A DNA stretch of 64,000 bases from Raillietiella orientalis (lineage: Eukaryota), in assembly GCA_036172245.1 (NCBI GenBank), contig JAYWIR010000042.1:1488001-1552000 (forward strand). The letters are read 5' to 3'. The translations under genes and the position numbers were made by a program. Below are positions 1-12,706 of the stretch, piece after piece (within the stretch, counting starts at the first letter, position 1; each line of letters starts with the position of its first letter). The notes under the pieces are model-generated. The model had not been told where the DNA came from. It worked only from the letters and a program-made list of their open reading frames with translations, and ran no database searches.

Positions 1-158
1 CCCTCTGTTGCTCTCTGTTGCTCTGTTGCAGGAGGGAAAACTCCCCACTCCTTCATTCCTGGAAGGACCCTCCTCTCTTATTCTTTCTCATGCTTCTCTC
101 TGCGTGTTGACAGACTTCACCTTCACCCTTTCTAAGGCACCTTTATCGTCCACCAAAG

Positions 159-2947
159 GGGCAGTGCCAAGAAGGCGTGATCCAGGGACACGGGAGATGC
201 CGCTTTCCGGACGGCAGCTGGTACGAGGGGGAGCTCGCTGACTCCCTCCCGGAAGGAGAAGGGATGCTCTTCTGTGCCTCCAGCGGTACGCGCTACCGCG
301 GCTCCTGGAGGGCTGGTCTGCGGCACGGAAACGTAAGTTTGCTTCCTGGGAGAGGAGGATGCTGACTCTCGATCCTGTCTCCTCTCACACGCATCAGGGG
401 AGACTGGAGCTGGAAGCGGGGAGCTATTACGTTGGCCAGTGGGAGGGCAACCTCTTCCACGGCCGAGGTCTCCGGAGATACCCGTCCGGAGCCTTCTACT
501 GCGGGGAGTGGCACCGGGGAAGAAAGCACGGAAGAGGCGTCCTGGTTCAGGAGGGAGAGCTGTACTCGGGGAACTGGGAGGAGGGACTTCCTAACGGGAC
601 GGGCAAGCACGCCTGGCTCTCCCCGGATGGGAAGACAAGGAGGGGTCTTCCCGTTCCTTTCTTCCCCCGCAACAATGTCTACAGGTAGAATCCTTCTTGT
701 CTTTCTGACTCCCTACCTCCCCATACTCCTATCCTTTCCACTCCACTTGCTGGAGCCAACTTGCGCTGGGAAGCTGGAAAAGCGGGAACTACATCCACAC
801 TCCTACGGTGCAGCGGAGGGCCCTATTCTCAACCTTTCGTTTACTCCTCCCCCTTCTTTTTTCTCCTCACCCGCCTCTTGTACGGAGATCCTTGCTGGGA
901 ATCGTCCTGTCAGCTTCCTCCTTTCTTCCCCACGGAAAGAGGAAAACGGGAATGCTCGTCCGACCGGGCAGCAACTCTCTTAGAGAGGGCTGATCCTTCT
1001 CTTATTTTTTCCTCCCTCTCCTGGAGTAAGTGTCTCGCTCGCTCCCAGGAAGCACCGGGTCCTGCCACCATGGGGGAGGTTCCTGGAGGATGGCCCCAGC
1101 GGATTCTCCCGCGTACCTCCTTTCTCTCCCCCTCTGCAGATGGTGGTTTCGTCGTCTGCTGCAAGGGGTTGGAAAGATAAAGCAGGGGAGAAGGGGAAAA
1201 GCACGTCAGACTCCTGGGGAAAGGCTGCCTCCCGTCCCATCTTCTAGCGGCCACTTCAGGAACGGAAAACGAGAGGGCCCGGGGACATTCCTGTACGCCA
1301 ACGGCTCCCGGTTCGAAGGAGGCTGGTCGTGGAACGCCAAGCACGGGCCTGGGGTCTTCGTTTCTCGCGGCGGTCACAGGCTGGAAGGGAGGTGGGATCA
1401 CGGGCGCTTCGTGAGCGGCCCGCCGGAGTCCCTCTCGCGTGCGCTGTCAGTTCCCTACTATCAGGTGGATCTTTCGAGAACAAGCATCCTCCGAGAAGGG
1501 GAGAGGCTGCGCCTGTCCCACGTAATCCTCCGGAACCTGGAGACACTCCAGGTGGCGTTCCTCGGATATGCCCGCTGTGACGTCGGCGACGATTGCGACG
1601 GTCGGGAGCGTCCGGGAGCGTCCTGCGTCCCCGGGAGGGGGAGCGGCTCCTTGGAAGGCAGCGTCTCACCCCAGTCCCGCGAGAGCGTCGACGACCTGCA
1701 GTGGGAGAGATTTCGCGTCCTCTCTGCCGGATCCTGGGAGACCTGGAGATCGCCCGGCGGTGAGTGGGGAAGTCCACCCTCTGCCACTGAGCCGAACCCC
1801 CCACCACCTGCTTCGCACCCCCCTGCCTCCCTCCCCTTCCTCTTTTGCGGTCTCCGCGCACCCCAAAGACGTGCTCCTTGATGACGTCGAGAGGAGCGTC
1901 CGAAATGCCTTCATGGAAGTTCAAATGGATGGCATGAAGCTGCAGCAGCTGCTAAAGGACGTCGGCGAGGATGTGCAGCCGGTCGCCCTCGGGAATCTCC
2001 TGCGTGAGTGGTGTCCAGGCGATGGGGAAAACGGGGCACGGCAAAAAAGAGGAACCGCCGCCACAACACCTTTTTCTCCACTCTCCCTGCAGGCATGGAA
2101 TGCCCGGACTTGTTCCCGGACCCCCACGATCCCGACGCTTGCGTGGGATTCCAGGAGTTCCTCACGTGCCTCGCCCTCCTATGCGCGAGGGCGCCCTTGT
2201 CTTCGGAGGAGGCTCCTAGGGACGAGCGCTTGGGGATGACGGAGCTTCAGGTGGAGAATCTGGAGGAGTGCTTCCTGGTGGACAATGGCGACGGCGGCGG
2301 CACGCGCGTTTTCGGAGGGAGCGCGTCCTCCTCGCGTCTCCTAGAGAGACTGCTCGCCCGCGTCCGTGAGCACGCCGGAGAGTTCCGAGGTTCGTTCCCC
2401 GGTCCGTTTCCCTGAATCCCGCTTCTCTCGACCTCACCAGGGACCCTGTTCCGGGATCGGGACTCGAGGACCCTCAGAAAGACGACCGCGCCTCTGTACA
2501 GGAGCTTTCTGCCTGAGGCGCCCACCGTCCGGGAGGTGTTCCTGGAGATGTCCAGTAGGTTTCCGAATCTCCCTCCTCCGGAGGTGCTGCAGGCGATCAG
2601 GAACGAGGTCGCCTCTTCAGATCGCCTCTCCGCGGATGCGGATTCGATCCTGGAGCGGCAGGTAGGAGGCAGAGAGAGTAGGAAAGAGGGAACGCGCTGC
2701 GTGCTTCTCTCCTCCACAGGTCAGCGCCCTCGAGTTCCACGAGGTCTACGTCTCCTGCGCCAGGAGTTCCATCCTGGAGGCGGCTGCCAGCGCCGCTCGG
2801 GAGGAGGAAGACGCCCAGCGGCGCGCTCAGAGGCACTTGGAGGCCGTGTCCCACTCGCAGCCAGAGGGGGTCCCAGGAAACAGGCAGGAAGGAGACGACG
2901 GAAGAAAGCGGGGAACAAGGAAGAAAAGCGATCACAGGAAGAAATAA
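159..2947 (+). CDS. RSPH10B: Radial spoke head 10 homolog B-like (MORN-repeat protein), 5'-incomplete; exons 159-332, 398-684, 1248-1759, 1869-2003, 2093-2389, 2441-2661, 2720-2947
   Basis: Tandem MORN repeats (YEGE..., YRGSW..GLRHG, YVGQWEG..FHGRG, YCGEW..RKHGRG, YSGNW..PNGTGKHAW). Spliced text 'PRNNVYSGHFRNGKREGPGTFLYANGSRFEGGWSWNAKHGPG', 'HVILRNLETL' and 'LEFHEVYV' parallels RSPH10B as I recall it. All introns are GT-AG, phases are consistent, and the stop is TAA at 2945-2947. Confidence 0.8.
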
Positions 2948-3419
2948 TACAGGCATCCTTCTGCCCCACGGCTTGCCCCTCATTCTCCTCACAGAACGGT
3001 AACTGGAAAGGGAAGAAAGAGGAGTACCTTCCTTTCCATTTTCCTCCCCCTCCGGGGAAAGGGTGGGTGGATCACTTGGGACGGAGAACATTTTCCTTCC
3101 GGGAGATCAGTGCGCCTCAATAGGTTGCAATCGTAAGAGCAACTCTCGGGAGACTGCACGGAAGAAGCACCTTTTTTGAAATCATCAAGGAAAGGAGCCT
3201 TCACTGGATGATGATCCTGGATCCCGATGTCCCTTCAGCACCCGGACGTTCCCGAAGATTCCTTCTCTATTTTTCTCCCGTTTCAATGAAGTGTCCTCAG
3301 AGTGCAGGGAGGTCAACGAGCGAGAGCTGAGCTTCCGGTCCGGGTCTGCCCTGCCGACAGCGTTCCAAGCACCTCCCCTGTAGCACGAAACACTGTAGGT
3401 AGCTCTACGGAAGGATTTT

Positions 3420-4235
3420 GCGCTCGGTCGGAGGCAACCGCGTGGCTGCTGAGGTCTCCGCAGGTGGCACAAGCAAGAGTCGCGGGTTCGAATACTCGGC
3501 AAGGATTGGTGCCGAGAGAGATGGAGGTGCGTCGTGGATTCGAGTTCCTCCTGCATGATGACTTCGGTGCTGACCCCTATTTTTTCGAGTGCAACACTGA
3601 TAGCGGTTCAAACTGGATTGAACAAGTGGCTGGGGTTGAGAGTCGACTCTTTAGAGTCCTCTCAGGAACAGAATCAAGGAGTGGGGGTTGTGCAAAGGAG
3701 CGGACCTCCACCTTCAGGAAGGGGCACCCTCTGTCTCGTACCATGGAGTAGGTGTAGTATCTCTCCAGAGTGCAGCGAAGCGTGCCGCTCCCTTCGAGGA
3801 GCACCCTTCTAAGAAATTTCGGAAGCTTCCCTTAGGGGTTCTCTTCAGAGGAGTAAACAGAAGCAGTTCCCTTGCGGGTTCCCTCCGCAGAAGAAATCCA
3901 TAATAGAGAATCCTTTCCGGGTTCCCTTCGAAGAAGAAAAATGGAGCGGACCCCTCCGGGATTTCCTCTGGAGAGAATAAGGAAGGAGATTCCCTTCAGG
4001 GTTCCCCTCCGGAGACAACCAGGGTAGAGGTGATCTCCAATCCGGGGTTTCTCCCCAGGCGTGAGAGGAACGGACTCTCTTCTCCGAAACCGTTCGTGGA
4101 TTCATCGGGTGGTCTCCTCCAGGATATCTCCTACCTTGAAGAATCACACGCGCCTTCGGGTGGCGTGGAACAGCGTTGAAGTTCCATGTTGCGTGAGCTG
4201 CCAGGAGCCCGACGGCTCTTGAGGTACTTAGCAAC
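3420..4235 (+). mobile_element. Composite tRNA-headed SINE-like element, copy A
   Basis: B-box-like GGTTCGAATAC (~3485) and a second GGATTCGAGTTCC. Body has GTTCCCTTCG-rich subrepeats and ends in a tail ...GGTGGCGTGG...CGACGGCTCTTGAGGTACTTAGC. Colinear with copies at 8340 and 24226. Confidence 0.7.
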
Positions 4236-4512
4236 CCTCCCCCCCCCCTCCCCAAAGAAAAACCTGAAAAGAGAAAAAAGAAAGCTTGAAGGAAACAGCG
4301 GAGACAGGAAAGAAGCTCAAAGAATCCCCATCCGAAGCGAGTCTCCGAACTCCCAGAGCGAGCGCAAGACCTGGAGACTTCCAGATTGGAGCACCTCGGT
4401 GATGCCGCCGAGATCTTCGCTGGAGATGTGGTCCTGAGAGCACGTGCAGTCTTTCAGACAGAGTGCACACTCACAGGCTGCTTGTCTTGGGGTGCGAGCA
4501 AGAAAGGGGAAG

Positions 4513-4690
4513 GTTCTCACCCGGTCACGTCGGGCATTTATTTTAAAAAACAACAAACAAACTACAAGTCAAAGGGGGGCAGTACCCCTCAAAAACAAGA
4601 AATGCCAAGAAAAAAAACAAAAAAGTTCATTCGGGTTAACCACTGGCACGCAGGCCGGCTTCCAAAAATTAGGGAACGGAGGGCGGGGAC
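4513..4690 (-). mobile_element. Solo 3'UTR module of the Tx1-like family, inserted into the I-like LINE
   Basis: Reverse complement reads GGCCTGCGTGCCAG...TTTTAAAATAAATGCCCGACGTGACCGGGTGAGAAC, matching the 3' ends at 14459, 18989 and 61269. Confidence 0.6.
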
Positions 4691-5096
4691 GATCAATGAA
4701 TGGAAGAAAGGCAGGAGGGTGGGGACAGGCATGTTTGATCAAACACGTTCCTTCCTTTCTAGAAGCGTCTCTGAATGGTGGCGGTCTCCTTGGAGACCTC
4801 TTCTGGCAGATGAGACCACCTTGCTGCTGCTCTCTTGAGGGCTGCTGCCATGTTGGTGGCCTCCATTCTCCGCGAACTTTCTTCCAGCACGTGGCGGACC
4901 GTCACGATGGCGCGGGTGCCCAACCGATTGTTGCGATCACTTCCGGCCCGCCTCCGCTGCGCAATCGCAGCAGCAAGTCCGAAGCGGGGTGGTCGCGCGG
5001 TCGACGGAGCGCGTCTCCGCCACATGCCCTCCAGCACAATTTATTTTATTTCTGAAAAACCAGTCGTCAAAGCAATGTGCTTCATTAATTAAGGCA

Positions 5097-5118
5097 AGCG
5101 TGCAAATTTGCACGCTAG
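5097..5118 (+). repeat. Perfect 20-bp palindrome ending in CTAG (possible Helitron-like 3' end)
   Basis: AGCGTGCAAATTTGCACGCT (5097-5116) is self-complementary and is followed by AG|T. The palindrome is certain; the Helitron interpretation is weak. Confidence 0.3.
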
Positions 5119-7309
5119 TCTGTCTGTATGTCCCCACTGTTGCGTGCCCTGTACGATGACGTCACCACTCGGACAATTCGCCGCGATTCCCAGAGTCCAG
5201 CTTCTGTAACCAGTCACCTTCGTGTGGGCTTTCAGAAAGCAAACGAAGCCGCAATGCGCAGATCCCAGCCATTTCAGCCATCAACCTTGGTTGTGGGTTT
5301 TGCATTTCCGGGCATCTGCCAATGGACTCCAGATAACCTGGGACTACTGGTGGAGGAGTTTCACGTCTGAGCCAGCTGTTGAAGGACAAGGAATCGAAGG
5401 ACCACGGAATGCATGTTCAACGCATCCTCCTGACGGACGCAAACGGTATCGCCAAACGCATCCGCCAGGCGAAGGGCGTGAACACGAAACACCTGTCGCT
5501 GCTTTTGGCATGGAAGAAGCCACGATCCTCTCCATCGCCACATCAGTGGCGGGACTCCCCGGGAACCAGGTAGGTGCCTGCGTTGGTTGCAGTGGAATCC
5601 CCCAGTGAAGAAACAGCAGGACATCCTGTGGTTTCCACCGGATCGGGAGCACGGAGGCGTCCGTACACCGGCAAGGGACCACGAGGATAGGGGAAGGAAG
5701 CGCACTGCTTGCGCGTCCGACATCCCTCTTCAAGACTGGAGGAAAAGGCTGGCAAGAGCCATCTCCGACACGGTGGCTTTAGCATGCACATCAAAGAGTC
5801 ATGAGAGCTTCCAAAGGAAACAACAGGCACAAGGAGGCCGCTGCACGCTCTGGAAGGGAAGGACGGAAGGAAGGTTGCCAGGAACATATGGAAAGGAGAG
5901 ACAAGGGTGGACAGTGGTGCAGATGAGGGGAGACCTACGAGAGGGACACGCTTCGACCGTGCAGACACGAAAATTAAAGGGAATTGCTGAAACCAATGCT
6001 GGAGCAGCTAAAAGAGTGCTCCCGACTGCACCACCCGAAAGAGCAGGCTGGGAGCTCACCTTGAGATGAAAGCAGAGGCCGGAGGCTGATTGCGGGAGGC
6101 TCCAGCGTGCCTAAAGGGCTCACAAGTTGCTAGACCTCCTTCTCACTTCGAATTAAGGACGCTACTGACTTTGTGGGCTCTGTGGGGCATGTAAGCGCTT
6201 GCCGGACGCTCCCTGCCCTGCGAGACCCTGCTGGCTGGGCTCCAGGCTGTCTCCTCTGGCAAGCGAGCAAGGAGGAGCGCTTCGAAAGTGCATCCTCGGA
6301 CCAGACGAACGGGATAAGGACAAGCAGCTTCTGGGATGAAGGGGGAAAGGTGTTTTCAGCATGCCGAGTTCGTTGAGAAATCGCCTGGATGTGGCCGAAA
6401 AGACTTTCGGTCCAGACGTCCGGGCCTGCATTTCATTACGCTGTTTCCCGATCTCCAGCTCGGCATGCATTCAAGGATGCTGTAGAAAGGACGCTCGGCA
6501 CAGAGAGCTCGGAGTGCGCTCGGGTCCCTGCACGAGCATCATCCTGTGACAACGATCGTTGCTCGGAGGTCCTCATCGTGAGGAGCATGTCATCTCGGTT
6601 TGACTTCTGATGCTCTTACTCGGTGCCTTTCTCTCTCTCTCTCTCTCTCTCTGGTTCTCAATCTCCCACTCTTCTCCTTCAGCTGAGATCACACCTGCTA
6701 AGCGCGCGCGTGTGCGAGCTTGTATGCATTCATTTTCTCATATACTAAGTACGTCCATCCAACCAGGCGCACGTACGCTCGCACTGGAACACCTGAAGCG
6801 ATATGCCACAAATCTTTCGTCCACTGAATTGCAAAATCGTCCCCTGGAGCAGTCGTGGGTAGATGGTGTTGGCAGTATCTTCACATCTCTGTCGTTTATG
6901 CCCACAGGCAGGCATCTGCGTCGAGCAAAGCAAAGCGCTGTTTTTGTTTTCGTTTTTAAAAAAAAAGAAACATCGCTTAAAGCAAAGCGATGTTTTAAAA
7001 AACGAATAATTAGAAGGAAATACACGAACATCAAGCCAAACTGGAAGTAGAAACCATCTTTCGAGGCAGATGTTTGATCTCCTGGAGGAATCAGTGAGTG
7101 ATCATAAGAGTCACGATAGCATCTCTTGGAAGGCGCCTGTCAATACCTTCTGGAAGGAATTTCAGCAGCAAAAACCTGAACATGCAAAGAAAGTTGATCG
7201 AGAGAATTTCTTTCTTTCTTTCTTTTTTATACAAATGCTACTGCTCCAGCATCACTGTGCATGGCTTGTTGATTGCTCATTGCACACAGACTATCGATAA
7301 ATAAACGGC

Positions 7310-7700
7310 GTCCCGTAACTCGGAGTTTCCTCTGTAACATTCAGCGTGGATCCTCTAGGGCTGTGCAAAGAGCGAGGGATTTGGTAAGCCACCAAGGCTC
7401 CGCCTTTCCGTATCCAGGACTCAATTTTGGCTTGATGTAGGAGACAGAAGGGAGGGAGGGAAGGAAACGCGTTGCCAAGGTGTTCAGATCTCGTGCATTC
7501 TACACCCTTCGTGGATTTCTTCATCTGGGAGGCACTTCCCAGATTTCCGTGAGCCTACACGTTTGATCGATTTTTCTTCGTTTCCAAGACTCCCGCTGCT
7601 ATCTGGAGAGAAGGACTGCTGAGGAAGCAGTCATCATAAACCTCATGTGGAGAAAAGGGATCGGCCTTCAAGAATTTTCGATTGGAATCGCAAAGGAGCC
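7310..7700 (-). mobile_element. Degraded Tx1/L1-like EN-RT linker fragment
   Basis: Minus-strand AKIESWIRKG resembles RMSWIKGG at ~15130. Short nucleotide matches (TATCCAGGAC, GCTATCTGGAGA) are shared with 14950-15140. Confidence 0.3.
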
Positions 7701-8339
7701 GAGCGTTGGAAACGGAACGTCGTAACTCAGTACCTCAACGAGTCTTCGCTCCACGTAAGGATGGAACCACGTGGTCGCCAGCCTGGAAAGCAAACGGGAA
7801 AAGCATCAGGGAAAAAAGTGGCTCAGCTTTCGAGCCACTCGAAAGCGTTTGATTCTCGGCTCCGCTGACGTCATCTCGGGTGCATTCCGGGAACTTCGAT
7901 AGTGGCTTCGTCAGTGTAGGTGCCACTCGGATCGATCGCTGCCGGCGCAAGGTGCTCGCTTCCCGCCTCAGGAAACGTCGGGTTCCGACCTTCGCCTCAG
8001 ACTTGTGTTCCGACTTCCACGTACCCGACAAGATGTGCATAGCAGATGGGCAGGCGACCCAGCTACTTGTGACAGGCCTTACAAAGACGGCAGCAAGCTG
8101 CGCAGAAAGATGAATGCATTCATGTATGTCTCGGTATTTTTTTTTTTTTTTTTTCCTTTCTCTTTGAGCGTCTTCATACGTTGAATTTCCTTCTTCCTGA
8201 ATGGCGATGACTACAATCATGATTCCAGTTTGGTCATGCAAAATGCATCTTTTGGATGGATGAGAAACACTGGAATTCTGAGGCACACGGAGAATGCAAG
8301 AAAGGGCGCCCGAAGGATTTTTGATAGCCATACGTAGCC

Positions 8340-8782
8340 ACACGGGCAGCCCACGCGGGCCTCGTGGTTGCGTCCTCCTCGCGTGGTGCTAAGCCTTGAG
8401 GGCTCGAATCCCACCCTGGAAAGGATCGACGCCGAGAAATGGGGGGTGCGTCGTGGGTTTCAAGTCCTCCCTGCAGGATGACTCTGGATTGCCCATTCGG
8501 CTGCTGCAGTGGTGAAAGCCGAAAACCGGACGCCCCCGTTGCCTGGCCGGGATCGATATCGACCTTTGACCTTTCGGAGTACTTTCAAGAATCAAAAGGT
8601 GGAAAGGAAATGAGTGGACCCTTCCAGAAGCGCCTTTCTGGAGAGAATAAGGAAGTGGTTCCCTTCGGAGAACTTCCTTCCGTATTCTTTCGTTCTTCTC
8701 CCTACCAAGCGTGAGAGGAAGGAACTGCTTCCTCCCAAGCCTTCCTGGATTCATAGGATGCTTGTCCCTTAACTGGAAGAAT
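8340..8782 (+). mobile_element. Composite SINE-like element, copy B, 5' part (interrupted)
   Basis: Head GGCTCGAATCCCACC..AAGGATCGACGCCGAGAAATGG..GTGGGTTTCAAGTCC. Body matches copy A up to ...GAAGAAT, where similarity stops. Confidence 0.7.
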
Positions 8783-9099
8783 TGGACGTTGCTTAAAGAG
8801 CTTCGTGAGTCTTCCCCCTCACACAAGTTGATCATCCACCTTACGTTCCTGACCTCGCGCCCAGTGACTTCCACGTCTTGCACCTCAAGAAGTGGCCCAA
8901 CGACTCGAGGGTGAAAGCGGGTAGCTGAAAACTGCAGTGCTGATGAAGTAGCTGAAAGTTCCCGGGAACGGAATTTGATGCAGAAGGTTTCGAAAATCTT
9001 CTTCCACGGTATCAGAAGTGTTTGGGGAAAAAATGTTGACTAAGCAGAAAAATGACACGGGGATGCATGTGTTTCGAACCACCAGTACATGTTTGTCTC

Positions 9100-12000
9100 T
9101 CTTCTTTGCTTCCCCTTTGTATCCGATCGGCCCTTACTTTTGAGATGCGCCTCTTATATCTCCGCTTCCATCAGGGATACTCGTCCAGAATTCGGCACAG
9201 CTTTTTCCTGTTGCGATTTTCTCAAACCATCAGGATCGACCCGCACGAAACTGCACTTGTTCTAAACGAATGCAGTTTCGCAGAAATCTAACCCCGAAGC
9301 CACCCTTCTTGGTGACCATCCTCCTAGAGGGTAGAGCGAACAAGGATAGACAATAAAGAATCATGAATTCCTTGTTGTCTTCACTATCGATACTGAGTTC
9401 GGAGTTTTGTATCGGGATACCAGAAAACCCCTGCTCCTGTTGATTTTGAATCCCTGAATGCCCCTTTTGTTGCTTTTGTTCTCAGATGTTCTCATGAACT
9501 CCACCAACGAGTCAGAAACGGTGTCGCTCCTCTTGTTAGAAGATTGCACATCGATCGTACGGTACCATATTAAGAAACCGACTTGGACTGAGTCGGACGA
9601 AGCCCGGCTTGTAGATTGCAAAGCCAGTGTTTCTATGGAACCTGACTGAAGAACGCCACGAAAGCGGAAGAACGATAGGGAATCGAAGGAGAAGATTGTG
9701 AAGGATGTTGGCTCTCCGTCAACCTTCTTGACCACTGGCACAAAAGTATTGCCGATGTCGAGAAAACACAAACTCACTTCATCCAGCACATGAGCGCTCC
9801 TTCCAAGCAACTGGAAGAACCGTTTTCCCTGCCGAACACTCGGGACTTCCCCAAATCTTCCATGTGACCGAAAGCTATAGAGAGCCTTCCTTCCTTTTGA
9901 AAGAGAAGTGCTGAGACCACAAATGAGTGGCTTTTCAACGAAGGTTGGGATTGGAGGTTACGTGGGACTCAATAGCGATGCTGAGATCACACCCTTCCTA
10001 GAAACCCGACTGTGGGTTGTCGAGCAGATGAGATCTCTCCGAGACCTATGCGGCAGTCAGCTGGATCCCTGCAGATAATCTTCTAGCATCGTTAGAGTTG
10101 GTGGTAAGAGCTTAAGGTTAAGAGTTGGTGCACGTGCCATCCTCGGAACTTGCGGACAGAACCACGTGAAGAGTCGCTTCAGTCGGCCCTGCATGGAAGT
10201 GCTTCTTCATTTCTCACACCGTCTCTATCTCTCCGTCTGTCTCCTCACACCATCGATCACCAGCGTCTTCCTTCGAAGCACAGCTTCTGGTAGCTTGCCG
10301 AGTCTCCTTGTGCAAAGTCAGACGATCATCCAACGAGACTCTTATCACGTTTTCGAAGATTCCTCTACTTCGCTTTCCCGCTTCATGCATTTCATGCGGG
10401 CACTGAGCCAAAAGTATCTACTAACTAGTCCATGAATGAGATGCAAATGTGCTGAGAGAACCTTCTTTTATCACCCAGTCTCTTCCGAAGCACCAGGTTC
10501 GGTTCGATGGAATCGAACGGAGGAAATCATTTCTGCTTCGGGCAAATGACCGTCCGTGATGCATTTTCGAAGTCTTGGCGAGAGGCGCTACTAGCACAGG
10601 TGACATGAAGTCACTTGTCTGCACCCATCACCACTGCCCAACTGGCTTCTGAGGCTGTGGATGATTTCGAAAGGGCAACCTTTGGCTGCTTCCAAGTCGA
10701 GTTCTTTTCATCCAGATGCGTACGTTGGACATGGAGGTGCGCAACTACGCTTCTGGATCGATCTACCTCCATCCTTTGTATGGTATTTGATTCCCCATCC
10801 TAGGGATCCTATTCCCCTTTTCCTGTAGTCCGAAGAAGAAATGAGTGTGTCGAAAACTATATGAGGCCGCACTCTTACACCTCGAGAAGCTATGAGTAAA
10901 AAGCATGCAGTAAAAAGAAGGTAGAAGATAGACCTGCTCTTCTGCTAGTTTGTGTGCACAAACCTTTTGTACTTTGAACTATTCCTTTGTACTCATTTCT
11001 TAAGTTGACGAGTGCCTTGAGAGATTCAGAATGAATCAGCAAACTCTCGAATGTAGCGCTTATTTCGGAAAAACAAAAACAGATGCTTCTTCTCAAGAAA
11101 TGAAACATCGAAAGCGATGTCATCTGTACGGATATTGCCTTTCGAAACTGCACAAAGAAAAGGGATGCTTCCTTCTGATCGAAGTTAGCCACAAGTTCCC
11201 CTTTCTAGATGGGATCAGCATCATATCTTCGTCAGCTGTAGCACATTTCATTAACATCCTATAATACTTCTCCCGGAAAACGGATGCAGATTCTTTGAAT
11301 CTTCTTTACTATGACCCTGGCTAGCAGATCGCCCATGGTTATCATGCAAACTGACATCTTGGTCACACGTGGTGAATGAGGTTAAGTCTGCTCGAAGATC
11401 ATCACCGAATTCATGGGTGGTTGCATCCTTCCCCGCCTCCATTCCTTGTAGCGCACATGGGTTCTTCTGAGAACGCTGAAACCTGCGGTTTCCGAGCCTG
11501 CAGAGCACGACCCGAATTCCGGAGAATTTCTTCGGCAGTTCGATGCTTCTTTCTTTTCTGCATTAGCGCTACTTCCAGGTCCCAAACACTTTTTGGCCGT
11601 ACTTTATTTCCATGAAGGTGGTGATACTCGATCAGAAAAATCACATCTTCTCAATTTTCTAGCTCTTTTCTCTTTCTTTCCTTCTTCCAATTCCAGATGA
11701 CAATGCGTCACTATCTAGGAAGAGGTTGAGCAGGCATTCCCTTCGGATCTTGTTTAGCATATGAGCCAGAAGTGGTTTCTTTGCCGTGTTCCTGGAGCTG
11801 TTAAGAATCTTCAAAGCATTCAAATATGCCTCCGTAATTTAAAGCCGATAATTCCTCGGAATTCTTGCGAGTGTTGAGTTGGAACGCTCCTGGGATTGCT
11901 TCCTTGATCTGATTCAGCATAGTATCGATCATGCATTATTCATAAGAAAGCATCGTTCTTTCGATCGTGCATACACTCGAAATCCTCAGATTCTGAGACG

Positions 12001-12699
12001 AGCACTGGACAAAATAAATGAAGGCAAAAACACTGCCAGAATTGTTTCCGATGTGAAGTAAAGGTTTCAACCCGCCCCTGGTTCAGTTTAGGCCACTTCA
12101 GCTCCCTTCTGTAGAGTGGTAGAATCGAAGCATTTTTAGCATAGTCCTTAGTCGAAGCTCTCTCTCCCTCTGAGTGAACCTTATGAAATTCGTGGTCATA
12201 AAATTCGTTTCTAGTTTTCCAATTCGTCTGGTACTCTTTTAATGGGAGCTTCTATCTTCAATCTGCGCAACGTGAAACTTCCATCGAGATGCAGGAAAAT
12301 AGAAGAACGTATACTTGCACCATGCCTCGTAGCATTTCCTGCACACTAAAAGCCTTCTGGGCTATTGCTGACCTAGAGCCGTTCTACCTGTAGGTCTTTG
12401 GTTTTCCTTGTAATTGATGGGTGTTATGAGTCCTTTACTTACTTCCATTGCATAAAATTCATGGTCTCTTAGCAAGGAAACTGTCAGGACATTCTTGCTA
12501 CCCAGGATCACTTCCAGTTCATAGACAGTGGTCCATAAGTATCCACAGCTGAAAAATTTAGAGAGAAAGCATATTCTTGGACAACATACAAGGATGCATC
12601 TTTTGTAATCTTCAATTCAATTTCTGCACTTTAGAAGGTATGATTTGTTTCTACAGCTTCCATGCAGCTGGTCCTGAGCAGAGAATCAAGTCGCGACAT
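9100..12699 (-). pseudogene. Candidate endogenous viral element: fragmented orthomyxovirus/Articulavirales PB2-like sequence
   Basis: Intronless, purine-rich on the minus strand, ATG at 12699. Multi-frame translation gives colinear PB2-like motifs: [100 protein letters not shown]. Many frameshifts and stops. By-eye comparison only. Confidence 0.5.
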
Positions 12700-12706
12700 T
12701 TCTACT

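Larger units (their letters stand above)
4330..6160 (+). mobile_element. Degraded non-LTR retrotransposon (I/Nimb/Ingi-like, RT 3' part plus RNase H remnant)
   Basis: Decayed motifs in the expected order: IFAGDVVL (FADD-like), GMFDQTRSFL (LGVxFDxxLSF-like), *VPA..SGIP..ETA (RNase H WxPxHxGIxGNExAD-like), IPLQDWRKRL. Many stops and frameshifts. Confidence 0.45.

Noticed and set aside
3780..4030. CRISPR-like array of GTTCCCTTC repeats
   Set aside because: Eukaryotic context, degenerate units, spacers conserved between element copies, no cas genes.
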